A stretch of 15,027 nucleotides of DNA from Octopus sinensis. Taxonomy: Eukaryota. The notes beneath the pieces were generated by a model. That model saw only the letters and a program-made list of their open reading frames with translations. It was not told where the DNA came from and made no database searches. The DNA lies in assembly GCF_006345805.1 (NCBI RefSeq), contig NW_021825623.1, forward strand, positions 1 through 15,027. Direction: 5' to 3'. A program made the position numbers and the translations under genes. Shown here in pieces: positions 6,588 through 15,027 of the stretch. Each line of letters opens with the position of its first letter. Positions within the stretch are counted from its first letter, which is position 1.

Positions 6588-7965
6588 AAACCAAAATGAG
6601 CTAAGAGAAATAATTCAGAAATAGCAAGTAACATGAAATGGGACAACAAAGACCCCAAAAATGTTTATTAAATACCATACTTAATAGATTCTTGATTGAT
6701 TGAAACTATCTTTCCTTGATTGATTGAAACAATCTTTCCTTGATTGATTGAAACTATCTTTCCTTGATTGATTGAAACAATCTTTCCTTGATTGATTGAA
6801 ACAATCTTTCCTTGATTGATTGAAACAATCTTTCTTGATTGAAACAATCTTTCCTTGATTGATTGAAACAATCTTTCCTTGATGATTGAAACAATCTTCC
6901 TTGATTGATTGAAACTATCTTTCCTTGATTGATTGAAACAATCTTTCCTTGATTGATTGAAACAATCTTTCCTTGATTGATTGAAACAATCTTTCCTTGA
7001 TTGATTGAAACAATCTTTCCTTGATTGATTGAAACTATCTTTCCTTGATTGATTGAAACAATCTTTCCTTGATTGATTGAAACAATCTTTCCTTGATTGA
7101 TTGAAACAATCTTTCCTTGATTGATTGAAACAATCTTTCCTTGATTGATTGAAACAATCTTTCCTTGATTGATTGAAACAATCTTTCCTTGATTGATTGA
7201 AACAATCTTTCCTTGATTGATGAAACAATCTTTCCTTGATTGATTGAAACAATCTTTCCTGATTGATTGAAACAATCTTCCTGATTGATTGAAACTATCT
7301 TTCCTTGATTGATTGAAACAATCTTTCCTTGATTGATTGAAACAATCTTTCCTGATTGATTGAAACTATCTTCCTTGATTGATTGAAACAATCTTTCCTT
7401 GATTGATTGAAACAATCTTCCTTGATTGATTGAAACAATCTTTCTTGATTGATTGAAACAATCTTTCCTTGATTGATTGAAACAATCTTTCCTTGATTGA
7501 TTGAAACAATCTTTCCTGATTGATTGAAACAATCTTCCTGATTGATTGAAACAATCTTTCCTTGATTGATTGAAGCAATCTTTCCTTGATTGATTGAAAC
7601 AATCTTTCCTTGATTGATTGAAACAATCTTTCCTTGATTGATTGAAACAATCTTTCCTTGATTGATTGAAACTATCATTCCTTCAATAGTAAATATATAA
7701 ACATCTACAGCAATGCGCTCGACACCGTACGAGATAAATAATCTTAAGAAATCAATAATTATTTTGAAATAATATAATATTAGAAATAGGCAGTCTATCT
7801 TTTCCCATGGAGACAAAAACTGTGAACATGTGTTTCTATTCATGAAGCGTCATCATCACAATAGCCTTGTCCTCAACGAGATATAAGACTTAGTTATATA
7901 CAAAAAAGAGTAGAGGACATTCATAGCAAAGAGTGATTTACATAATAAAAAACGAAGAAATATCA
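6588..7965. repeat. Diverged ~340-bp repeat, copy C, interrupted by the minisatellite
   Basis: Left part 6588-6691 aligns to A and B. Right part resumes after the array: tgtgaacatgtgtttct (7821-7837) vs tgtgaacacgtgtttct (6476-6492), 16/17; cgtcatca at 7848 and 6509. Confidence 0.7.
6692..7681. repeat. 24-bp minisatellite, 42 units, consensus TTGATTGATTGAAACAATCTTTCC
   Basis: Counted unit by unit. Seven units carry the CTATC variant (units 1, 3, 10, 15, 26, 29, 42), and there are scattered small deletions. Explains the QSRKDCFN, INQGKIVS and QSIKERLF ORFs. Confidence 0.98.
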
Positions 7966-8029
7966 AAATGTGAAAGTCAATTGTTTATATACGTGATGGA
8001 CCGTGTTGTCTATATACATATATATATAG

Positions 8030-8257
8030 GGTGGCGAGCTGGCATAATCGTTAGCACGCCGGGCGAAATGCGTAGCCGTATTTCGTCTGTCGTTACATTC
8101 TGAGTTCAAATTCCGCCGAGGTCGACTTTGCCTTTCATCCTTTCGGGGTCGATAAATTAAGTACCAGTTTCGCACTGGGGTCGATGTAATCGACTTAATC
8201 CTGTCTGTTCTTGTTTGTCCTCTCTGTGTTTAGCCCCTTGTGGGTAGTAAAGAAATA
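8030..8257 (+). mobile_element. SINE family A, full length, inserted in a TA-rich tract
   Basis: Near-identical to 1509-1740 including the ccccttgtgggtagtaaagaaata tail. Confidence 0.92.
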
Positions 8258-8505
8258 TATATACGACGTAGATGGAATTTCATATGAAACGTGCGTGTGT
8301 GTGTATACACAGAAACAGTGAGTGAGAGATGCCAATAAAGGCGTAGAGGGTTAGTACTCGAATCGGCCGTGATCCTTGTAATCCATTATCTTAACCATGG
8401 GAAAACTCGACAAGCGGAACAAGAGTCGGATCTATGAAAAGCATAGGACGAGTAAATGATAAAAAAAAAAAAATAGATGGACAGACATCTAACACTTATG
8501 AATGA

Positions 8506-8899
8506 CTAGCAGTATCGCCCGGCGTTGCTCGGGTTTGTAAGGGAAATAACTATATAAGCATTTTTAGAGATGCAAAGTATAATAGCCATCTCAATATGGC
8601 TAACCACAAAGGGGGGTGTTACTGTAGCTTTTTACGTTCTGAGATTTAATAATAATTTTTTAGAGAGTTAGTTCCCTTATATATGCCAAAAATGCATTAA
8701 AAATGGGAAAAATTGATGGTAAATTTTTTTTAAATCGTAGACTCATCGTAGACGCGCGCTAATACCCAGAAGGGCTCGATATGAATCACGACTATAAGAT
8801 ACCTGGTTTTGATTAAACTGCACCGCAAAATGTGGGAGTAGTTAGGAATCTAAATCGTAGGAGACAGACAGCACACAACCTCACTTTTATATATAAAGA
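8506..8899 (-). mobile_element. Non-autonomous Helitron, 394 bp, both ends intact
   Basis: Minus strand reads A|TCTTTATATAT...cccgagcaacgccggg-cgatactg-CTAG|T. This gives a 5' TC, a 16-nt GC-rich hairpin (8518-8533) 8 nt before the terminal CTAG (8506-8509), insertion between A and T with no TSD, and an (ACAG)-type repeat near the 5' end. Confidence 0.85.
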
Positions 8900-8942
8900 T
8901 TTGGAGCCATACTCAACTGGCTGACTATCTTTTATCAATTAA

Positions 8943-8984
<42 letters not shown>

Positions 8985-9112
8985 CTGCCGATCTCATTAG
9001 TGTCAGACAAATTGCCTCGCGGTTTTGTTTCGGCTCTTAACGTTAAGAATTCAAATCTCGTATGGATATTCCTTAGATTTCTTCCGTCTGGGATTGGTAA
9101 ATAAAGTGTCTG
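8985..9112 (+). mobile_element. Old, highly diverged SINE family A relic
   Basis: Colinear remnants of the family A head and core: ctg.c.ga..c.ttag, gcgg..tt, acgtt..ga.ttcaaat, aaataaagt. Confidence 0.55.
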
Positions 9113-9195
9113 CTAAATACTGGAATCAACATAATCAATTTTTCCCATCCACTGAATTTCAGTACGAAGTGAATAAGTGGATGTAAGTACATTTT

Positions 9196-9478
9196 ACTGT
9201 GTGTGTGTGTGTGTGCGTTTGTATATGTTTGCGTCTGTTTCTATTTGTGGGTGAGTAGGCGTCAAGTGCGGAGTTTGGTGTGATGGTCTTGTAATTTTAT
9301 CAATGAATGCATATATCTTTGCGTGAGTCTGGATGAGTATAAAATGCATAGATATGTATCCTTGTTTGTGTCGGCGTCTGTGTGTATGTCTCTGTGAGTG
9401 TAGGCATTTATGTGTGTGTGTGTGTGTGTGTGTGTGCGTCTCTGTGTGTGTGTGTGTGTGTTGTGTGTGTGTGTGCGT
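9196..9478. repeat. Degenerate (TG)n microsatellite region
   Basis: Direct inspection. Source of HT/CV ORFs. Confidence 0.85.
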
Positions 9479-9727
9479 AAAAATCACTTGGGACACATTG
9501 CGAATCTCGCATTCAAATACCAAGAGAAATCTCTGATCACATGATTCCTTCATCAGCTAAACAACAGAGAGAAACGCTTACTTGCCTAGTAACATACAGT
9601 GTAACTCAGCAACCAGAGATCTACGGACAGCCAAAATATCAAAAATATAAATACGAACAGTTTGGTACAGCAAACAAATTTGCGAGTGTATTCAAGCTGC
9701 AACGGTGCACATTGAAAGTATAATATT

Positions 9728-9913
9728 TATTTCTTTATTGCCCACAGGAGGCTAAACATAGAGGAGACAAACAAGGACAGACAAAGGGGTTAAGTCGATT
9801 ACACTGACCCCAGTGCGTAACTGGTACTTATTTAATCGACCCCAAAAGGATGAAAGGCAAAGATGATCGACCTCGGCGGAATTTGAATTCCGAACGTAAC
9901 GGCAGGCGAAATA
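9728..9913 (-). mobile_element. SINE family A, 5'-truncated
   Basis: Reverse complement of the family A core and type I tail. The A-box head is missing, and there is a 4-nt insertion in aagtcgacc. Confidence 0.88.
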
Positions 9914-10158
9914 TGTATGCAATTATCGCTAATTATAGGTTCATAGTTATTCAGACATTTTCCTTCTTTTCTTCACACACACACACACACACACACACAG
10001 ACAACATTTATATAAATATAAAACGCCTTCGCAAATAAAACTGCAATTCATTTTGAATCTCCAAGGAAGCTGCAGGGAGATACCCAAAGAAACACTCAAT
10101 TGTGAGTGAATTACGTCGTATAGTAGAAACAGGTGTAAGATTATGAAGTTTATTTCTG

Positions 10159-10217
10159 ATATATATACATACATATATATATATATACATACATATATAT
10201 ACTACATACATACATAC

Positions 10218-10268
<51 letters not shown>
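10159..10268. repeat. (TA)n/(TACA)n microsatellite
   Basis: Direct inspection. Confidence 0.95.
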
Positions 10269-10273
<5 letters not shown>

Positions 10274-10356
10274 TAATCCAAACAAGAAAACAAAAGGACA
10301 ACAACGCAAGGATGTGGAACAATTAAAGTATTATTGGACGCTCAGGAAAGAAGGGA
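10269..10356 (-). mobile_element. Probable Penelope-like terminal fragment, truncated before the ribozyme
   Basis: gtattattggacgctcaggaa (10328-10348) resembles gtattagtatggcgctcaggaa (12783-12804), with similar A-rich upstream sequence. Assignment is by homology to the hammerhead-bearing copy. Confidence 0.5.
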
Positions 10357-10361
10357 AGAAG

Positions 10362-10445
10362 ATACATATATGTGTGTGTGTATATATATACACATACATG
10401 CATATATGTACGTATGAGTGTGTGTGTGTGTGTGTGTGTGTGTGT
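10362..10445. repeat. Mixed TA/TG microsatellite
   Basis: Direct inspection. Confidence 0.9.
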
Positions 10446-10619
10446 AACACATTGAGATATCTGAAAATATAATCGAGACATATTGAAATGAATCTAACGC
10501 TAGCTTCTCTATATTAACAAACACGGCCATGTATGATTCTCTTTCCTGTACGCTGACGAAGGTATCACGTCATCTGACTGTCAGAAACACAATGCGTTCG
10601 GAGATGGAATATCATCAGC

Positions 10620-10941
10620 AGCACACACACACACACACACACATACATACACACACACACACATATACACGCACGCGCGCGCACACACGTACGCACACAC
10701 ACACACACACACACACACCACACACACAGATGCAAGCAACACACACACACACAAACACACACGCATACGCACACACGGAAAGACATTTTTAAGGGTTGAA
10801 AAGTTCACATAGGTAACTCAAGGGCACACACAGGCGTACACACACAGAGGCGCGCACACAGACACAGGTGCACATGTACACACACACACACAAACACACG
10901 GACACATACATACATGCACACACACATACGCAGACACACAC

Positions 10942-10986
<45 letters not shown>

Positions 10987-11115
10987 TACTGGGCAACACA
11001 GGCACGAATGCACACACGCACACCAACCACACACAGACACACACACACACAGACACACACACACACACACACACACCACACACACACGTACACACACACG
11101 CATATATATATACAC
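10620..11115. repeat. Long compound (CA)n-(TA)n-(CA)n microsatellite
   Basis: Direct inspection. Explains the stack of CV/HT ORFs at 10529-11201. Confidence 0.95.
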
Positions 11116-11714
11116 GTCTATGTGCGGCTATGAGCACACACATAGGTTGTGAGAGCTTTTGCTATTGTGTACACGCATGGCGTGTTTCAATATTTGTGTA
11201 GGAACGGTTTGCGTCTATTCGCCATTTTATCTGCGTTCGCATGTGCGTATGTGTACGCGCGTGCATACGTATGTGCTTGCGTGCGCACTTGTCTACACAC
11301 ACAAAAACGTATATATATACATATATATATATACTTTTGTTATCCATTGTATATCCGTTACATGTACATGAGCACACTAGCGCACGCGCGCCGCTGTACA
11401 CGTGCAAACGGCGCACAGTATCCTCTCATTCACCTGCGAGCTTTGTTAAAAACAACACCGTTTTTACACCTATGCAAGGTTTTCTTTGATTATTTTTTTT
11501 ATACTTGTGTCATTTGTTTTTCTTTGCGTCTCCTCTGTTGGTTTAACCATACCTTCTAGTTAATATTTGTGTTTATTTATATATTTTTTTTATGTGTATT
11601 TCATATTTCCTTTCATTTTCCATTTTTTTTTAAATTTTGCTTTTTCTCGTTTTCGTTTATAATTATCATGAATCGGATACTCGGATATGGCAATATCAGA
11701 GAACATAGAAAATA

Positions 11715-11806
11715 TGTATGTGTTTACACACACACACTCACATACATACACACACATACATACACACCCATATATATATATATATATGCATTCATACATG
11801 CATGTG

Positions 11807-11862
<56 letters not shown>

Positions 11863-11985
11863 AGTATGCATGTATATATATATATATTGCATATAAATGT
11901 ATATGCATACATATACATACATACATACGCATAGACATGTATCTGTCTGTGTTTTCGATGTGTGTGTATGTATGTGTGCGTGTGT
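11715..11985. repeat. Compound CA/TA/TG microsatellite
   Basis: Direct inspection. Confidence 0.92.
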
Positions 11986-12032
11986 ACCATCATGAATATT
12001 CTACCATTATCCCAATTATTATCATAGTCTTA

Positions 12033-12047
12033 ATCATCATCATCATC

Positions 12048-12078
<31 letters not shown>

Positions 12079-12083
12079 CCACC

Positions 12084-12134
<51 letters not shown>

Positions 12135-12198
12135 TTCTTCTTCTTCTTCTTCTTACATCATTACTCGCTGTCATCGTTGCCATCATCATCATCATCAC
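12033..12198. repeat. Compound trinucleotide repeat (CAT)n(CAC)n(CAT)n(CTT)n with degenerate (CAT)n tail
   Basis: Direct inspection. The phase is kept across all blocks. Confidence 0.95.
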
Positions 12199-12221
12199 CG
12201 CAAGAAAGTTTCCATTTGTTT

Positions 12222-12441
12222 ATTTGACCTGAAAGAAATAGCAGCTATGCCATCCTTTCCTTAACTCACATCTTTAAAAGATGTATACGTTGGATAATGT
12301 AGAACTAGGTTCTACAATGCCTGCAAAAAATGTGGTGATCATCGTTGGAATACGTTGGATCAGAGGTCTTTTCTATACGAGCAGACATGCTCCACATGTG
12401 AGCAACAACAACAACTACTACTACCAATAACAGCAACAACA
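12222..12441 (+). mobile_element. Dispersed repeat family D copy with (CAA)n tail, probably a SINE 3' portion
   Basis: acctgaaagaaatagcagcta matches acctgctatagatagcagcta (1261). It ends in caacaacaac-type repeats. Confidence 0.5.
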
Positions 12442-12535
12442 AAGATAACAAAACAGCAAGAAAGTCAATAAGCTACTGGGATTCGTATACGATGCAGACT
12501 TCAAGGAACCAAATTGTTAATAGTTGGACAAAAGA

Positions 12536-12537
12536 TG

Positions 12538-12599
<62 letters not shown>

Positions 12600-12601
12600 A
12601 T

Positions 12602-12656
<55 letters not shown>

Positions 12657-12722
12657 CATACATAGATATACATATATATATACATATATACATATATACA
12701 TATACATATATATATATATATA
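12536..12722. repeat. Compound (CA)n (TA)n (GATA)n microsatellite
   Basis: Pure GATA run at about 12603-12656. Confidence 0.95.
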
Positions 12723-12920
12723 ACGGGAAGCTTTATGAAAATAAACAAAAGACGAAGGCAGGTGGAGTACAAACAAACAATTGTATTAGTATGGCGCTCA
12801 GGAATATAAATAAAACAAGTCTTTTACATTTCGAGCCTACGCTCTTCAACAGAAAGATACACAGAAAAGAAACACGGAGAGAAAAAAATACGTGTAGGAG
12901 CTAGCGATTCAACATGGCGA
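12723..12920 (-). mobile_element. Penelope-like element terminal-repeat fragment
   Basis: Contains a minimal type I hammerhead fold, a known hallmark of Penelope-like terminal repeats. Related to 10269-10356. The right boundary is uncertain. Confidence 0.6.
12820..12857 (-). ncRNA. Minimal type I hammerhead ribozyme motif, degenerate
   Basis: Minus strand UCUUU-CUGUUGA-A-GAGC-GUAG-GCUC-GAAA-UGU-A-AAAGA: 5-bp helix I, 4-bp helix II, core CUG(U)UGA...GAAA, GUA cleavage triplet. Two deviations from canon: A6 to U, and helix III ACGU to AUGU. Confidence 0.7.
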
Positions 12921-13492
12921 ACTGATTCTGGCCATGTCGTTCAAATGTACAAAAAACAAAATCCCGATCAACTGAACAACCTACAAGTTAAATTAACGTG
13001 TAAGTGCTTGAATATTTCACTGTTGCGTGCAACTTTCATGTCATACTTCAGCTTTTGATGGCGATATGATGGAATGATGAGGAAATTCGCTTTGAGATTA
13101 TGGTGAGATACCATTGTTTAGTATCCAAACCTTTTGAGTGAAATTGGATAGGCGGAAACTTTGACACACCTGCCGGATGGTGTGTACTTGATATTGAAAA
13201 GTCCGGCCGAAGCCTAGATAACACTCAACTGAAATCATCTAAGTCGCTACATTTACAAGAACTTATACTCATTGATACTCTTTGATAGTCTTTTCTGATA
13301 GTCTGACATACGTAAAATAGCAATCTTACATCTAAAAGATTAGCGTTTTTCCACTGGGCCAGAATATAATTCAGCTCTGAATATCTGCTGACTCTTTCTA
13401 ATGCCTGCCCACAGTCACACTATCCAGTTATTCCAAATACACACATAGACGAACCTTAATATAACGGATTTCTGATTTAACTGAAGGATTAC

Positions 13493-13670
13493 TAATGGTT
13501 TCAAATTTTGGCACAAGGTCAGTAATATTAGTAGCTGCGATAAGTCGATTAAATCACCCCAGTGTTCAACTACGATTTATTTCATCGACACCAAAATAAT
13601 AAAAGGTAAAGTCGACCTCGGCAGCATTTGAACTCAAAACGTGAAGACGAATAAAATATCGCTTAACATT
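13493..13670 (-). mobile_element. SINE family A, old, 5'-truncated, type II tail
   Basis: aaagtcgacctcggc..atttgaactca core; tail taatggtttcaaattttggcacaagg. Confidence 0.75.
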
Positions 13671-13893
13671 TAATAATGGTTTCGAATTTTGGTACAAGGC
13701 CAGCAGTTTTGGTGCAGAGGGTAAGTTGATTACATCGACCCCTGTGCTCCATTGGTACTTTCTTTTTTATCCACCCCGAAAGAATGAAAAGCAAAGTTGA
13801 CCTCGGCGGAATTTGAACTCAGAACGTTAATACGGACGAAATGCCGCTAAGTATCTTGTCCGGCGTGCTAACGATTCTACCAGCTCTCTGCCT
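13671..13893 (-). mobile_element. SINE family A, old, full length, type II tail
   Basis: Core gacctcggcggaatttgaactcagaacg, head cggcgtgctaacgattctaccagctc, tail taatggtttcgaattttggtacaagg. Confidence 0.85.
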
Positions 13894-13902
13894 TTGAATG
13901 AT

Positions 13903-14119
13903 TGATAATCCTTTCAATTACAGGCACAAAGCCTGAAATTTTGGGAGAGGGGCCAGTCGATTACATCGGCCAGTATTTCACTAATGCTTAATTTATCGAT
14001 CCCGAAAGGATGAAAGGCAAAGTAGACCTCGGCGGAATTTGAACTCAGAACGTAAAGACATGCGAAATGTCAGGAAGCATTTTGCCCGGAGTGCAAATGA
14101 TTCTACTAGCCCGCCGCCT
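13903..14119 (-). mobile_element. SINE family A, old, full length, type III tail
   Basis: Core aatttatcgatcccgaaaggatgaaaggcaaagtagacctcggcggaatttgaactcagaacg; head ends gcccgccgcct; tail tcctttcaattacaggcacaaagcctgaaatttt. Confidence 0.85.
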
Positions 14120-14879
14120 TTATTTTTCTTTCTTTTTTTTTTTAATAATCAATAATAATAATGCAATATTGCACCACCACATACCAATAAGTTCACAGCA
14201 AAACGTACTTTGACTGCAAGGTCAAAAAGGAAAATTAAAGATATATATTCATTAATATAATTTAATAATTTTTATATAGAGTATTTTGCGAATATTATTG
14301 TAAACCATTTTTTTCACATTAAAAATGTGCCTTCAGCTATTTTCAATATTAAGGGTTTTGTATGTGAAAAGATTCACCTTCTTCCGAATAAGGTCCGATA
14401 AATCGAAGATTTACTAAATACATACATACATACATAAACACACACACTCCTATATAAACACACACACTGACAGAGGAGCATCTATGACCCTTTCCAAAGG
14501 CATCCGAGATTTGGAAAAAAGAGGGCTTATACCGTGACCAGAGATATATCTCGAATGCTTGAAATAAAGTGTACTCTGCTAAACACTTATCGATGAACAG
14601 GGACGAATCTTCTGATGAGCTATCACACAATTTCAGTCTACCACATTTGCCTCGCAAGGTTTTGAGTGAGAGATATAGAAGACAATTGGCCAAAACATAA
14701 TACTCAGTGAAATCGCATAGTTGCGAAGCAGACTCCTTAACGACATATAATCCTTTATATACTCATATTTATGTACAGAGTTGTATTTTTCCTGTCTGTA
14801 TTACTCAAAAGTATGGAAATAATGGGTGCGTATATATATGGAGTAGTATGTATGTTACGTTATATATACTATGGAGCAT

Positions 14880-15027
14880 GCATACGCGCGGGCACACACA
14901 CATACTCACACACATATATACATATATGTAATATAATATATATATAATATATATATGTGTACACACATATATATGTATGTATATATACATATATATGTGA
15001 ATATATGTATACTTATATATATATATA
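14880..15027. repeat. Mixed CA/TA microsatellite to the window end
   Basis: Direct inspection. Confidence 0.92.

Noticed and set aside
6692-7681. CRISPR-like appearance of the 24-bp array
   Set aside because: Units are contiguous with no unique spacers, there are no cas genes, and the context is eukaryotic.
6668-7843. Overlapping long ORFs with 8-aa repeats (QSRKDCFN, INQGKIVS, QSIKERLF)
   Set aside because: The 24-bp unit has no stop in any minus frame, so all three frames are open by construction, and indels shift between them.
9510-9630. Minus-strand splice-like signals around two 36-39 nt candidate micro-exons
   Set aside because: They are separated by only 25 nt and give no recognisable peptide. 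Unsupported without RNA-seq.
10548-10612. Hammerhead-like CTGACGA...GAAAC (also CTGATGA at about 9550 minus and 14612 plus)
   Set aside because: Helix II does not close next to the core and helix I is at most 2 bp. The other two sites lack a placed GAAA.
11376-11414. Second possible Helitron 3' end (A-CTAG, then hairpin gcgccg...cggcgc)
   Set aside because: No matching 5' TC end or homology to the 8506 element. It lies in degenerate CA/GC repeat where such hairpins arise by chance.
10143-12776. Many CV-, HT-, IY- and poly-I/T ORFs (also at 234-675, 3892-4661, 9194-9553, 14707-14990)
   Set aside because: Translations of microsatellites.
12898-13104. Possible exons with donor gtaagt at 13000 and acceptor at 13050-13051
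   Set aside because: The implied intron is only 52 nt, the downstream segment has stops in all three frames, and the upstream part overlaps the Penelope-like repeat.
14349-14693. 114-aa minus ORF
   Set aside because: It crosses a CA/TACA microsatellite and a degenerate SINE-like stretch, and has no domain motif.

Overview
Gene-poor, repeat-saturated eukaryotic DNA, most likely from an octopus or other cephalopod. That assignment rests on recalled similarity of the SINE families and on the extreme microsatellite density, not on a database search. No host protein-coding gene is supportable. The only real coding sequence is a 5'-truncated CR1-type LINE (4752-6226, minus strand): RT domain plus C-terminus of ORF2, broken by one 1-bp frameshift, with 3' stem-loop and (CTAA)n tail. 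The rest is: three tRNA-derived SINE families plus a fourth dispersed repeat; a 330-bp MITE with 71-bp palindrome-packed TIRs flanked by TTAA; a complete 394-bp non-autonomous Helitron; two Penelope-like terminal fragments, one with a minimal hammerhead ribozyme; a 42-unit 24-bp minisatellite; and many microsatellites. Most notable observations: (i) the minisatellite grew out of one copy of a diverged ~340-bp repeat whose unexpanded sister copies are still in the window; (ii) the MITE carries a SINE/LINE 3' tail with a covarying stem-loop at its centre; (iii) a degenerate type I minimal hammerhead lies at 12820-12857. Almost all other ORFs in the supplied track are repeat artefacts.
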